Assembly: GCA_000320545.1 (NCBI GenBank)
Contig: ADNK01000140.1
Coordinates: forward strand, 252,003-316,002
Origin: Bigelowiella natans CCMP2755
Lineage: Eukaryota; Protista; Cercozoa
Length of the DNA: 64,000 nt
Reading direction: 5' to 3'
In this document: piece by piece, positions 1 through 13,179 of the stretch
How positions within the stretch are numbered: position 1 is the stretch's first letter
How the letters are laid out: each line of letters begins with the position of its first letter
The notes under the pieces: model-generated
The model's database searches: none
What the model saw: only the letters and a program-made list of their open reading frames with translations
Told to the model about the DNA's origin: nothing
Position numbers and translations under genes: made by a program

Positions 1-60
1 TAAGCATTCTCAATTTTTCTTGTTCTGACCCTCTTCTCCTGCCCACCTTCTATTTGTTAG

Positions 61-442
61 GGGTAATAGAGGAGCTGGATACAGTAATAACACCAAGAAT
101 TCATTGCATCTTGCCCAAATCAATTCGCAAGGAAGCCGAGATCTCGACGAAAACATAGAGAATAATACTCCTGATACAATAGTACCGCTTCCTGATGTAG
201 ACACGCAAATGTTTCCTCCAGGTCGAATCATCTTCATGCACAGACTTGATGAGGAAGGCGGGATGAGAGCAGTAGTGGCAAAACCAAGCTATTTCGATTG
301 TATCCAGCTGTCTCCGACCATGATTTCTGATCACTTACTAGCCTCGTCATATGTGCAAGCACTAGAATCAGCTACTCAGAACATTCACAAACCTAGAAAC
401 CTGGACAATAATGCTAGAATGCCAAGAAATGAGAATGATTAA
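61..442 (+). CDS. Last exon of a class-3 lipase / DAG-lipase-like gene (5' part outside the window)
   Basis: Acceptor ttgttag ends at 60. The exon encodes MFPPGRIIFMHRL...YFDCIQLSPTMISDHL..SYVQAL, the typical C-terminal PPGRI...M.DH segment of Lipase_3/DAGL proteins. Stop at 442. Confidence 0.75.
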
Positions 443-459
443 CATTTGGGGGGAACAAT

Positions 460-900
460 GCATAGTGAATTCACCAGCTGCAGTTTTCATGAATCTGACT
501 GCTGCATGTGATGTGCATGCATATATTATTCTAGCATTGTGCATTGAATGACAAGTTGATGGGCGATACACACATGGAAGCTTACATGTACATCCCCACT
601 CTTACACTGCGATCTACACTAGTACACACTAGCACAAGGCATCATAAATCTAAAGTCTAGGTTTGTCTATGGCACACTTACACATAAGTTGCTGCTGAAG
701 TCAGCATGTAGGCGTGCATGCACAAGCTAGCAAGGTATGATGCGCGGGCGCACGCATTGCTTGCTAGACCTATTCTGTGCCTGGCGTTACCTAGCATATA
801 TAGTATCATCCTTACATGTCTAGAGATATATAGATTGATACGGATATCTTTAGACCTAGACACTATGATTCATTCAACCATACATAGCATACGTATTTAA
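460..900. other. CTAG/TGCA/CATG-rich 3'-end spacer S1 (convergent lipase / GT25)
   Basis: Non-coding and dense in tgcatg, gctagc and tctag; lies between two stop codons. Confidence 0.7.
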
Positions 901-979
901 ACATGAACATAAACGTTTGCAAGTGACTATCTCGTTTGATTCACATTATATTATGAGATGCCATAGGTTGACCACGTAA

Positions 980-2165
980 TTAACACTCTGGGATGTCGAG
1001 ATCGGACTTCCCATGAATGGATTTGGCCCCAGTTACTTCATCGTTTGGATTCTGGTCGAAGATTCTAGGTACTGTAGAGAAATATTTGAAACTGCCATCA
1101 TTCACAAGGTCCACTCTAATTTTATCCTCCGATTGATGAATTGGGACATTCGCTTCCAACTCAATTTCAGCTGCACGCCTGGTGTACATGTATGCATGTG
1201 TGCAATATGGTTGAGGAGCTTGGATGAGCTTGATGCCTCCAGGAAGCATCGCCATGGTATCACCACAATAAGGGCTGCAAATTCCAAGATTAATTCCATC
1301 CCATTTTGGCTCCTTGCTCGAAGATTTTGCCAAATCATGGATGTATTGGAGGATGTTTATCTTCCCTGATTGTAATTATTTATTTATATTATAAGAGAGA
1401 GGATGTACAGAATATGACAAAGAGTCCACCTTGATCTTTCCCCTGTGCCTTTGCTATTCTTTCTCGGATACCCTCTTGAAGAATGATGTCGTCTTCAAAC
1501 ACGACGGCATGGGTTAGTGTTTTGTCCTTTAGAAACATTTTTAGCGCTTTTTGGTGAGAAAGGGCGCAAGCGATGATTCCTTTGCGACGGAAATCCCACA
1601 GCTTCTTCGAGAAACCTCTTTGGAGCTGAGGATGAAGTTATAAATGACTTTGTTCGTACACATATACTATCTCTATACCTGTCCAGATTTGACGAGGTTT
1701 GCCTCGTTAAAGGAGTTTCTGTCAATGGCATCCACAACTCTAGTCGAGTTCTGTAATCCAATTTGTTCCAAGATGGAGGTGGCATATTCTTTCCTGTCTT
1801 CCATAGCGATTACGTAGAATCCCAAACTTCCATGATTCTGCGACACCCTGAAGGTAAGCTAGTTTATTTTTGATGCAAGAAGATAAAAATACAAGGATTC
1901 ACTTACACACTCATTCCCGCCTGGCTTCTCATAAATGTCCCTACAATCGGGGAAATGGGCTCTTTGAATTGTATCTAAAGACAATATAATCACAAACCAT
2001 ACTGATATTCGACCAACTAAAATCATACTTCAACGAGGAACCACAAGATAACAGAAATGGAATGAAATGGTATACTATGTTATTCATGGAGGAGTTCAAG
2101 GGCTGATGTGGATCACGCCACACCGCCAAGCAGCATGAAACAAACAGTGCCAGAATCCAGAGCAT
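980..2165 (-). CDS. Glycosyltransferase family 25 protein with N-terminal signal peptide/anchor (multi-exon)
   Basis: Spliced reading gives MLWILALFVSCCLA..., FYVIAMEDRKEY...TRVVDAID, GIIACALSHQKAL...HAVVFEDDIIL and WDGINLG...YCTHAYMYTRRAA...PRIFDQ, which are the GT25 motifs in the expected order. Confidence 0.8.
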
Positions 2166-2896
2166 TGTGATTGTGATTTCTAGGAAGTACCAAGTGCGAA
2201 GTTTCCAAAGAACATGTTTTTAGTGGAAACGGGTTGATGCACAATGAGAGACGGGCATTCGAGGCATTCGAGGCATTCAAGCAAACGTATTTTGAAAACC
2301 CCCTACGTTTATTCTCCTCGACAAAAATCTATGAGTACCTACCTATTTGCTTGTAATTCCATGTGTAAGAATTCATGGATGTCTTCACGATGAAATAGCC
2401 TTTGCTTTTCAATTTTGAAATTTCTCTCGTATGCTCGTATCCATTACACACCGAGGTTTTTTGGGTATTTTGTACCGGTACATAAAACAATACCTTTATT
2501 GGAAAAAAAGGGCATTCTTATGGTACGTCATCCGTTCTTTTTTGTCTTTCGTCATGATATTAAGCTTTGTTGTAAGTTTGCCTTTGCTTGACTCCCGCCT
2601 TTTCTGGAGAGATGAGACAACAGCAACACCTCAGATTTCTACTCTGCGTCAAGACATATACCTTGGCGCACACCCCACTTTATTGGTGTTCGCTGCCGCA
2701 CTTCCTTCTTCTCGCAAGCAATCAGAAACCAGAAGCCTCTTCCAGAGGTAGCCCTTCATAACGGTGGAAGGAAGGAAGGAAGGAGAGCTGTTCGGAGCTT
2801 CTGCGTTTTCAACACATATATTAATCTCTTTTCTTCTGTACCATGACTTGCAGGAGACCAAATTCGTGCACCACTAGGAATCATTCTTTGGAAAAT

Positions 2897-4990
2897 ATGT
2901 CGACCAGAAAAGTGACAGTTAAATGGGGCAAAAAGGTGTTCGAAATCGAGGTTGGAGAAAGCCTTGGGGAGGTTCAGGCGCAGCTGTACTCCCTGACTCA
3001 AGTACCAGTTGAAAGACAGAAAATTCTTGCTCGAGGCCGTCAGCTTAAGGTAGGAGATTCTGATTCTCCGGAGTATTCCATACCTGCCTTACGTACAAAA
3101 TTTTTACAGAAGGATAAAGACCTGACAAAAATCAAGCCGGTAAGAAGCTCATATCACCCTTGTTTGATTATTTTTTAATTAAAAGACAATATAGGGAGCG
3201 AAACTTATGATGATGGGTACTGCGGAAGTCCTCGCGGTTCCAACGAAAGAATATGTGTTTGAGGAGGATCTAACAGCGAAGCAGAAAGCTGAGTTGACAA
3301 AAGAGGTCACTCTATCATGAAGAGATTCTTTTTTCGGACAACTGAAATTTGTATGTGTTCATCAGGATGTGGCAGGACTGAACAACCTGGGGAATACCTG
3401 TTACATGAATTCCACTGTGCAATGTTTAAGACGTATTGGCGAGCTCAAGGGAGCTATTAACAAGTGAGTTTTTTTATTTGTTTACTACCTTTGTTGGTTG
3501 CACCGTTATTATGCTGAATATGTTTTAGGTTCCGAGATGATTCCTCAGCATCCAACGATGCCCATTCCACGATGGTCAAATTAATGGGAGATATGTTTAA
3601 CAAGTTAGACGTGGCAGCGGAGCCTTTTACCCCCGTTGCTTTCGTCAACATTTTCCGGACACTTTTCCCACAGTTCGCTCAAAGGGGTGATAGCGGACAT
3701 TACATGCAGCAAGATGCGGATGACTGCTTAATGACATTCTTGCAAGTGGTTGGCTCGAAGCTAACGTCCCCAAAGTACAGTCTTTCGGATAACTCTCAAG
3801 GGAAGAACTTAACTCAGCAGCTTTTCGGATTCCGTGTTCGAGAAACGTAAGTGTGAATAATTCCCATGAAAGTTTGTTATTGAAGACAACAAGATTAGAA
3901 TATTATGTTGTGACTCAACACATGTGCTACAGGCTCAAACTTATGGAAGGAGAGGAGGAGGAGAAGGTTAAAGAACTATCTATGCAAAAGCTTCGCTGTC
4001 ATATCGACGAGAAAATCAACTTTCTCGTACAAGGAGTTGAGAAATCTCTTGATGAAGTAGTCGAAGTCAAGTCAAGTAGCTTGGGTCGTAACGCAAATTA
4101 CAAACAGACCACGCGTTTGTTGTCACTTCCAAACTATCTTGTCGTTCAATTTGTCCGTTTCTTCTGGAAAAAGTCCCAGGGCAAAAAATGCAAGATGCTT
4201 CGGGTGATAAATCTAGGATAGAATACAGCTCCCAAAGCAACATAATTAATATTGTATTTACTGAATTGGCAGAAAGTGAAGTTTCCTCTCAAGTTGGATG
4301 TCGAGAGTTTCTGTGAATCAAACCTTCGCAAGTCTATAGGGGCGAGACGTATGGCAGATAAGGCAAAACGTGATGAAGAGCTCGGATTGGATTCTCTGAA
4401 GGTTGAGAAGAAGGCAAAGACTGAATCGACAACCTCAAAGGATGACCAAGCTATGGAAATCGACTCCTCCATTCAGCCGGCTGGTAGTAATTATCCTTGA
4501 TATAATCTAGCATATGCGTAATGATTCTGAATCTTTACTATCAGATACTACGGGTTTCTACCAGTTGTTCGGGGTGGTTACGCACAAGGTATCAATTTGA
4601 ATATGGATTTATCTTTTGTTGGAAAATGATTATCTCCTGTGTGTTAGGGTCGGGATGCAGATGCCGGCCATTACATCGGCTGGGTGCACCAGAAAGACGG
4701 TATGTAAATATTTTCAATGTGCGTTTTGTCGGTGGATATTGTAGTCCCCTTGACATTGTATTTTTTAGACGACTGGTCCAAGTACGATGACGAGAAAGTG
4801 AGCCCATGCAAGGAGGAAGACATCGTTAATCTTTGCGGAGGAGGTTGTTCAACATGTCCTTTCTGAAGTGTTCGAGATCATAACATGTATACTGTTTTGA
4901 ATAGGGGACTGGCACACAGCATACATGTGTTACTACAAGCGAATAGATACCATGCCAGTTGAAAGGCCGAAGAAAAAGGGCAAGAAGTAA
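2897..4990 (+). CDS. USP14: Proteasome-associated deubiquitinase USP14/Ubp6 (UBL + USP domain, about 11 short introns)
   Basis: N-terminal UBL (VTVKWGKK...LYSLTQVPVERQKIL..LMMMGTA), Cys box GLNNLGNTCYMNS, QQDADDC, LPNYLVVQFVRFFWK, His box VVTHKGRDADAGHYIGW and GGGDWHTAY. Stop TAA at 4988-4990. Confidence 0.95.
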
Positions 4991-5249
4991 GGGTTATGAG
5001 CCGATACCCTTTGATTTAATGCAAGAAGCACGTAGACTGGTGAGCGTGTAGCTTTATTGTTCCCAGGATGGATCAAGATGCTTGTGGTTGGAGACAAACC
5101 TTTTTCTAGGAAAGTATGTAATATCATTGATTACAACATTTGGCATTGTAAAATCTAGAAATTCATACCTTGAGTTTCTGCTGCGTTAACCTTATCCATA
5201 GTCCTTGGACAAATTTGCATTGTGTGTCTCCACCGTCGCGCAAGATAAG

Positions 5250-5960
5250 TAGAAAACTTAGCCAAAATTTTGCGCAACGTATATCTCTAGATCTAGAAGA
5301 CGATATGAAACGGATATGTAATATGACAGCAATTGCATTTTTTCAATGGTCATCCCAATGTCTAGACATGTAGCTATCTAGCTATGCAATATTTCCGGCG
5401 GCTACAGCGAGATGTATGAGACCTAGAGACGGATGTGATGAAAAAGATTACATTTTGTCAATGGTCATCCTTGTAGTCTAGTTGTGTGGCTATCTAGCTG
5501 TGCAAAGCAGCGACTACAGCTATATAGACAGCGCTAATACCTTGCCATTTTGGCATCATCTACTGCTAGTCTAGATCATGTATGCTGTATGCTAACACTC
5601 GCGCATGCACAATGTCTACTAGTAGTCTACTAGAATGTACAATGCTTGTCAATCTGGACGACCTAGCTTGTGCATAGCTAGCTAGCTAGCTAGACTTGCA
5701 ACGCTTATGTACATTGATGTCAAGACATATTATACTAGTATATCTAGGTATGTCAGCCAAGCGATGATGCAGATTAGCTTATTTGACTTCGTTTATTCTT
5801 TTGTCGACGCATATTCGATCGAACATACTCTGCGATAGCCATGCGCATCGTCGCTGATTTGCGAACCCTTATAGCTTGCTGCTACGCTGCGACACGTTAT
5901 TTCAGTTAGCAGCATAGCCACTCGTTCAACTAACCCTCCATGCACATATGCGACCGCACT
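5250..5960. other. CTAG/TGCA/CATG-rich 3'-end spacer S2
   Basis: Contains tagctagctagctag and many tctag/tgca sites; lies between the USP14 stop and a convergent minus-strand gene. Confidence 0.75.
5304..5520 (+). repeat. Two diverged tandem copies of a ~100 bp repeat also found inverted in spacer S8
   Basis: acggat..t(a/g)at...catttt.tcaatggtcatcc...tctag...gctatctagct.tgcaa...gcg.ctacagc occurs at 5304-5409 and 5426-5520. Confidence 0.75.
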
Positions 5961-6099
5961 TTCTCTCATAAGTATTAGGAAGCTGTTTCAGTAGAAAGAC
6001 ACGCACACACAATCATATTGGTCGCTGTACTGTAGCAAGCACGAATTTGCCGTCTACACCTTGAGCTGCCACGATTATCATGTTTTTGTGCATGGCTAC

Positions 6100-6460
6100 A
6101 TCAGCTTGCGAATAATCTGCAAAAGCTTCTCTATGGATTCAGTCGAATCTGCTCCATCTGGGGTCATGCCAATCGTTGTCTTTTGGATTTTTTCCAAGGA
6201 GGTGGCTGATAGGTCCTGCAATAATTTATATGTGAGTAGAGGTCAATATTTGAAGTGCCTGAGTATCATAATTACCATATGTTCCTAATTCTGTAGGTTC
6301 CCCTCCGGATGGAGTTCTCATAATCTGGTGTGTACATCAAACATTCGTGATCCTTTATTATTGAACCGAATAACTGCCGCTTACTTTTCCTCGGTGGATG
6401 AATTTTTCGTGGAAACGAGTCCACCAATTGTCATACATTGGAGGCCGTCTGTTATAATTA

Positions 6461-6491
<31 letters not shown>

Positions 6492-8406
6492 TAGTTTTAT
6501 CTTGGAGCACAATGTGAAATTTGACTTAAAATGAATTAACACTAGAGAGGGAGAATAGAGAACAAGAGCTGTGATTATGGTTATTACTCTTCCCCCAATG
6601 GCACTTTGATATGAGCCCAGGTGCCGTTTTCAAGCTCCACCCGAAAGCTGATATCTTGAACCTTTACAAAGGGATTTGTCATTTAGCTCCAGACATGAGA
6701 AACGCCATAAATCAAAAAATGAAGAAAAAGAAGATGTTTCTTGCTTTATTTTGGAGTCCGATTCCAAATTGCTCTCGATTGGTGTTTACTATTTCGATAC
6801 TGTGATCTGCATACTACTTTGTCAACAGGAACAAACTCCTTCGTGCCATTCGCGTGCGTAATGTTATAGCCAAGGTAATGTGTATCGCCTGAGAGCAAAC
6901 ATTTCATAAGCCTGGAACCTACATTTCTAGGCATGTGTTGTCGTTCAATTTCGTCGTTGAGTTAGTTCAGTGTTCGATGTGGTGGTTATCCATGTATTGT
7001 CGGTTGTATGTTTTTCCGTTGTTATTGCAAATGAGCACCAGGCCCGTTTCCATTTTCATCCTCCATCGGATACATTCTAAAGTCGTCGGACCCCTAGTTT
7101 TTAACAAAGTCGAAGCATCGTGAAAGAAGTAGCACAACCTAAAGCACACCGAGCACGCACATGCCCAATGCAATACGCAATTCTACCCTTTATTTATCTC
7201 GTATTCTACCCTTCATCATCCATTTGCATGCTGTTATAACGGGTTTTAGTTCCTACCTCTCCTCCTGGTCTTAAATGATGCACACTATAGTCGTGAGTAT
7301 CCTTGGGTTTCCAAAACATGAGCGTATCTTTTATCGATTCCCAAAATCCTTTCTGCACGATGCATACCACCCGGAATAATTAGAATAAGATCAAAATCAA
7401 AGTCCCCCTTTATTATGAATGTGAATACTTGCAATAATCACCCACCAACATCGCGACTCGTGTCTTATATTGTTTATTATACCTACCTCTGCTGGCCTTG
7501 GAATACCTAGCATGTGATCTGCTGCATCCTCATCTAGCCCCAATAACCAGTTTTTCGGATCCAAAGGGTTCCACTATTAGTATTATTGTGTCATAATATA
7601 TTTATTTGCGTTCTTACAAAGAAGAGGTAGGAATTGTCCATTATGCAGTCATATCATATATTAATCGCATAATCTCGACTTCATCAATACCTTGCCGTAG
7701 TGCTCGAGTTTTTCACCCCAAGGCCCGATGCTGACATCAAAGTCGGGATGACCACCTCCTGTTGCGGGATCCCATGGTTTACCCCCCAGCTCGTACTGCT
7801 TCCCGGCTGTACCCGGTAAAAAGCCGTCTGGTTTTCTCCAAGAATCTAAGTGGAAGAAAGCAATGAGGAGGAGGATAAGAATAAGAGTAATAGAATACTA
7901 TCTCAATGGGGACCAAAAACCAAACAGACACGAAGCTATGCTCTTCATTACCCCACATTCTCTGAATATCGGGATGGACTGGCCCCGCTGGATATTGTAT
8001 TCCCCCAGCTTCGTTAGGGGTGTAAGCATGTGGAGTGGGCCGTTTGAGATCACGCGACCTCGCGGAAAATCGTGGAAACCTTCGAAGTAGATGCTTCTCC
8101 ATGCTATACGATGGTGGTGTCTAAACAGCGGAAAAGGTTCGAACAGTAAGACATCGTATGTGTAGAATGTTCTGAAGCAAAATAGTGTATGACCTGCCCT
8201 CTCACTAATCTTCTATCAGTGAACCGTCGGAAGGAAGGCGCTTCCTGTGTAAATTAATGAAACATGAATCCTATATAAACAAGAATGGATTGAGGTTGAA
8301 TATTTTAATTGGTTACCTTCAATGCCATTTGTCGTGTCTTTGTCGAAAGAAGCACAATGCATAGCGAGGCAACCACCATCGTGAAAGTACCACAATCATG
8401 TCCCAT
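6100..8406 (-). CDS. Hypothetical multi-exon protein with probable bipartite plastid-targeting leader
   Basis: Spliced: MGHDCGTFTMVVASLCIVLLS (hydrophobic), then Arg-rich EAPSFRRFTDRRLVRGQ..LLRRFPRFSARSR, then exons DSWRKPDGFLPG..GGGHPDFDV, WNPLDPKNWLLGL and KGFWESIKDTLMFW bounded by GT-AG. The 3' end is approximate. Confidence 0.55.
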
Positions 8407-8756
8407 GGCAATCTGTTGTCGAGGGCTAAGGCAGTCACTTATTTTTGTTGTTGCATTTTCCTATCTAAATGCTCCTGATGTGATCGGCTCCCTCCTCAAG
8501 TTCAACTATCAGTTCTTTTTTTCTTTCCCCTCCCGGGTTAAGTGGGGTAGGTGGGTGTACGAGGAGTCAGCCAGCCGCTTTTTTCATAATGCTTCTGCAT
8601 TATTAAAATTTCGCTTTTCCGATGTTTTCTGACATATCTAATTGTCGCAGTCTGATTTTGCAATCCATTTGAGTACAGAACGCACTAACAAACTCACTTC
8701 GGGGAAATATCGTAGAATTACTGGCGAGAATTTAGGTATCTGATGCTCTGACAGTC

Positions 8757-10755
8757 ATGCCTACGACCCCCCTCCCCATCCCCTTCCTACTTCTTCTGCT
8801 CGCCACGTGGCCGTGTTTGTCCCACTCTGCAACACCAAAAGTATATTCTGGAAATAAATGGAAGTTATCCAAGATATCCGGCCTGGTAAAACGTACTTAA
8901 GGAGAGAGCGGGTGTTCCTTGAGGTTACATAGAAGAGGGGTACTATCTTCCTTGTGGCTAACATAGTTTATTGGTTGTTCCTTTGCCTACATACAGCGGT
9001 CGCCGACTTTCCGTCATTTACAAAGGTTAAATATATGAGGAGCCCGCGCGCATGTGTATGCCGCAGTAATCAATAGAGAAGATGCTAAATGCATCCATAT
9101 ACTCGTATTATTCATCATCCCATCCAAATATAGGCATAAAACAGCTCAATCAAATGAGAGATTGCAAAGCAAAGTTCAAGCTAAAATGATCACACAAAGC
9201 TCATACGAAGAATGGGTGGAAGAGGAGAAGGCTCGAGGTGACAACAGCTCTATTTTTCCTCCGCACTTCCAACGTGACGATATTTTTACTGAGTATCCTC
9301 GGCACATTCAGGTTTGGAGCAGTACAATAAGCTCAAGAAAAAGCTTATTGTAGACACAGGTTAGTATATCATCACGTTTTATAGTTATGCATGTAGCACT
9401 GTCCATCAATTATGTTAAAAGTTGAAATGAAATATAATTAGTGCTCAAATGCTAACACCAACAAATAGAACAACTATGACTGTAGCAGCAAAGATAACCG
9501 TAATCGTACCGCATCATTATGACGATAGCTTCAACTCATAAGGTATCTTCGGAGTACTGATACCGGTCTACTTTTTCTTCAACGGTGTTGCGCTGATCGA
9601 TGTCTTAACTGCATTTGGAGGATCTGCGGCTAGGTCATCTTGATATTGTTGTGGCTGATCATGCTGCTACTCCCAGTCTAGTGTAATACTTATTTGACAA
9701 ATTATGTAACCATCAATGTGTCTTCAATTACTACAGTTTGCTCTATATGCTGGCATTATTTAGAGATGTGGATAAAGTCAAAGGTAATTAAACCTATTTA
9801 TATTTGAAATGGGAAATGGAAGGTAAATAATAAAGCAAAAGTGGTACCCCCTTGGTGTTGAGAACTTTTGAAAATAATCCACCATGATATGATAAGGGAC
9901 GGATCCGACACCGATGCTCGAAATTAAGGACGCCACAGGCCCACTGAGGTAATAGAAGTAGTTATTGTGAGGGTTTGTAATTTTGTCTTGATTTTGTTCC
10001 AAGTTATCTGATGTTACAACCTCATTCGCACTGATATTTGTCTTTATCAGCTGGCCCGTGCGTATATTGGCTGGCTATGCGTATGCATTTAGACCACGGC
10101 TTGCTATTCCAATCTTGTAGTATTTGTGAACACGCACACACGAGCGTAGATTGTTCCAAACACTGATAATGTATGCAATCTCCATGCACACCTACATAAA
10201 GTAATCAATGCCCTCTAACGATCCCTCAACTCCATCACCACAGGCTAGCAGTAACTTTGGTTATCCTTGATTCTAGGTTTGTACTCCTCTTCATATCGTA
10301 AAATCCTAAACGATAACTTATTCCCTTCTTTCTATCGAATAGGGGTATCACAATCCCATTGAGCGCGCGTGGGACTGCAGCAGCTTCGTTCCTGGCGAAC
10401 CATGTATACAATCTAGTATTTTCCTCCCTTCTTGCGTGTCTTGATATCAGTAATCCAAAAGGTGGCATTGTATGGAGTAGTAGCAGATTCGCTGCTTAAA
10501 GATGGCTCGATAACCGTAAAATCTCAGCCTTTTCAAGCTACGGATCGACTGTGATGATTGTGCCATCTGAATGCGTTCAGTACAACCTTTGCGACTACAA
10601 GGCTTTAAGATGTAATATTATAGGGTAAGATAAACGCGTTGTATCGTCATGCAACACGGATTGTGCAAGCTTTACCTATGAGGAGGTTGTCTCTAGGACA
10701 TTGGTCGAGTATAGAAAGGTCATTTCGTGGTGAAACGAGTCGGCGAATGAAATAA
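8757..10755 (+). CDS. Plastid-targeted membrane protein, AtpI/CGL160-like (tentative)
   Basis: Signal peptide MPTTPLPIPFLLLLLATWPCLSHSA and a basic transit-like stretch, then hydrophobic exons GIFGVLIPVYFFFNGVALIDVLTAFGGSAASLLYMLALFRDVDKV and AFRPRLAIPIL, resembling the AtpI-type LLYL..L..DV...RLA.P pattern. The 3' end is approximate. Confidence 0.5.
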
Positions 10756-10769
10756 TTTAGTTTATGCAC

Positions 10770-11520
10770 ATCCATCGATCATATTATCTAGATCATATCT
10801 ACATGGTAGCTCTATCCCAACTGCGTGCACATCGTTGCGCTTGCTTGCGCCGGCTAATCATCTTTCCTGAGCGCAACCGAGAAGTGGGTTGGATGATCGC
10901 AAGCGTGATGTTTCATGGCATAATATAATAATAATGTGTTATGTTACGTAGTTAGCAAAATGTGCGATGTACAGACGTATTGTAGCTTCAGCCTTGTGCC
11001 TCTACTAGTCTAGCCTAGTAGCCTCTGTGTGTTTGGCGCGCATGTGCATCGCAAAGTCTTTGGTAAGTGGGAAGTCAAGCACTATAGCACGCAGCGACGC
11101 ATGCAGCTGCATGTACACAACGCTTCACAATAGTGTTCCTTGCACATTATTGTATTATTGGAGCAAGCCTTATATATAGCCTTTGCTAGTGTGGGCTGGC
11201 CGAATTGTACTGCTAGGATGCGTGGCGCTGTGCATGCAGTGCCCATATGAGGGCCGTTATTATTTAGCCTCATGCGTAACAGCAAGCTGTGGCTTTATTG
11301 TTGTGTTATGCGTGAAAAAAATGCTGTTTGTACGTTACATCTCAGCGAGCAGCTCATCAGCGAGCTACAGTCTATTGATGAAAATGCTGATCTTATCACA
11401 TGGCATCGTAGCGCTGCTGGACGCGCTGGACCGGAGTATTCCACAATTAAGAACAAACGCTACAAAAATCTAGCGTTTCTGGGCATCGGATGAAGTCTGC
11501 GCTATAGTGCAAGCATGCAT
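10770..11520. other. CTAG/TGCA/CATG-rich 3'-end spacer S3
   Basis: ctactagtctagcctagtag and gcatgcagctgcatgtac; lies between convergent genes. Confidence 0.65.
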
Positions 11521-13150
11521 GGTTTCCGATGTTCTGAGCAGGTGCCACCTTCTCAAAAGCAAGAGTGCTGTTGCTGCTGTTGCTGCTACGCTGTTGCCGT
11601 TGTTTCAACTTGGGCCAGTTTTAAAACATGATGTTATTTTCGCATGCAACCAACTACATGTGAACTTGCGCACTTTTTCTGATTTAGAAAATGTGTTGTC
11701 CTTTACAGTTGAAACGTTGTAGTGGTTTCAAGAAGCTAATTTGTGCAGATATTGCTGCAAATTTAAGCTCTGTCAGTCTAAGAACTCAATATCGTCCTTT
11801 GTTTTGTTGGAAAAATCCCATCACTTTGTCTCTAGATTCTCCTTTCACGTTGAAAGTGTCCAACAAACCTCCCCACACTTCGTCCCACTAATAAATGTTT
11901 TCGCATTAAAGAACAGATTCGTGAACAAATACGTAAGACGATCGTAATATTTCATTGATCACATGTGTTTAAAGTTTGATTCAAACCTTCTGCTGCTTCG
12001 TCACATCGAACACTGCTGCCACAACTTCATCCGTACTTGGCTAAAAATACATCGCAATAAATTATTTTCTTCTGAAAAATTAAATGTGAACATGTACACA
12101 TGCTCAGAATACCTCTGCGTCTTGTGTTAGTAGCAAAGAATAATCGCCGCCAGTGGGGCTGAGAAAAAATAATCACAATTGTTTGTTGTTGTCCTCGACA
12201 TCATCATTAGTAGCAGCACGACCTCCATATAATATTCCAAGCTTGCCAAATGCCTAAAATGATACACCAAGTAGATTGAGCGTATACTTAGCTGGCAGAG
12301 AGTGACTAGATTATTGCATACCATCGCCCATATTAGTCACCATCACAGTTCCTGTTTCTTTGTCCAGACCCTTCAAATAGAAAGACATATGTCGATGACT
12401 CGTCTCCTCCCTACAAGCTCTCATCCTCCCCCTCCTCCACCACCATCCCCCTCCCCCCCATACTACAAAAAAAACAACTTCCACCGCCAACTACCTGCTC
12501 CATGAAAAAGGCTGTCTCGGTGCTGGCCCGCTCGAATAGCTTGCTATCGCTGCTACGCCATGGAACGCTAAAAATAATGGAAGGTAAACACGCCTCAGAA
12601 GGTTTGACTAAGAAGGGGTGATCAGGTATTATTACGATGGATTTGCCACAACGATTGGGATTTTCATGCCGTTTCCTTGTACTATCTTTGCAGCCAACTT
12701 TGCTGGCCTACAACATCAAATTTAGCTAGGTGAACATGCCTGAAATGGAGAAATCGCACCTTGAAGTGAATTCGTCCAGAGTTGCGAATATGAGTGCTGA
12801 TTGCCGCGAATATTTTTGTAAAAGATTAAACTTATGGCTATCAAAGCATTTTGGATACATATTTACCTCCAATATTTTCATCCTTGCACCATAAATCGGA
12901 ACTCAAATCAACGACTGCATGCGAAACATTAAATGAGACGAATCGGGTTTGATACTGTTCTGATTGGGACAAATCTACTTTCTAGCTCTGGAACTTCCCT
13001 GACAGCACCTCGGAGGAAATCAGCAATTTCCTAAAAGCAACAGCCAATGTTTAATAAACATAGAAGTTCAATCTGACCACGATGCCATCTTCCTTCAAAC
13101 ATCTCGGCTGAGCAGGAGGAGGAGAGATGGACGACCACGGGCCAAGAGCG
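11520..13150 (-). CDS. Hypothetical multi-exon protein
   Basis: Series of GT-AG-bounded open exons (EIADFLRGAVREVPELE, PAKLAAKIVQGNGMKIPIVVANP, FHGVAAIASYSSGPAPRQPFHEQ, GLDKETGTVMVTNMGD, PSTDEVVAAVFDVTKQQK). No family recognised; ends approximate. Confidence 0.45.
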
Positions 13151-13179
13151 AGGGATTAAGCTCAATTTTTTATGATAAG

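Noticed and set aside
2253-2281. ggcattcga x3 in the GT25/USP14 divergent interval as a regulatory element
   Set aside because: Not seen at the other promoters in the window; cannot be distinguished from local slippage.
7700-7850. HPDFD motif suggesting a fibro-slime domain
   Set aside because: The downstream GDDDVWVF-type motifs were not found in later exons.
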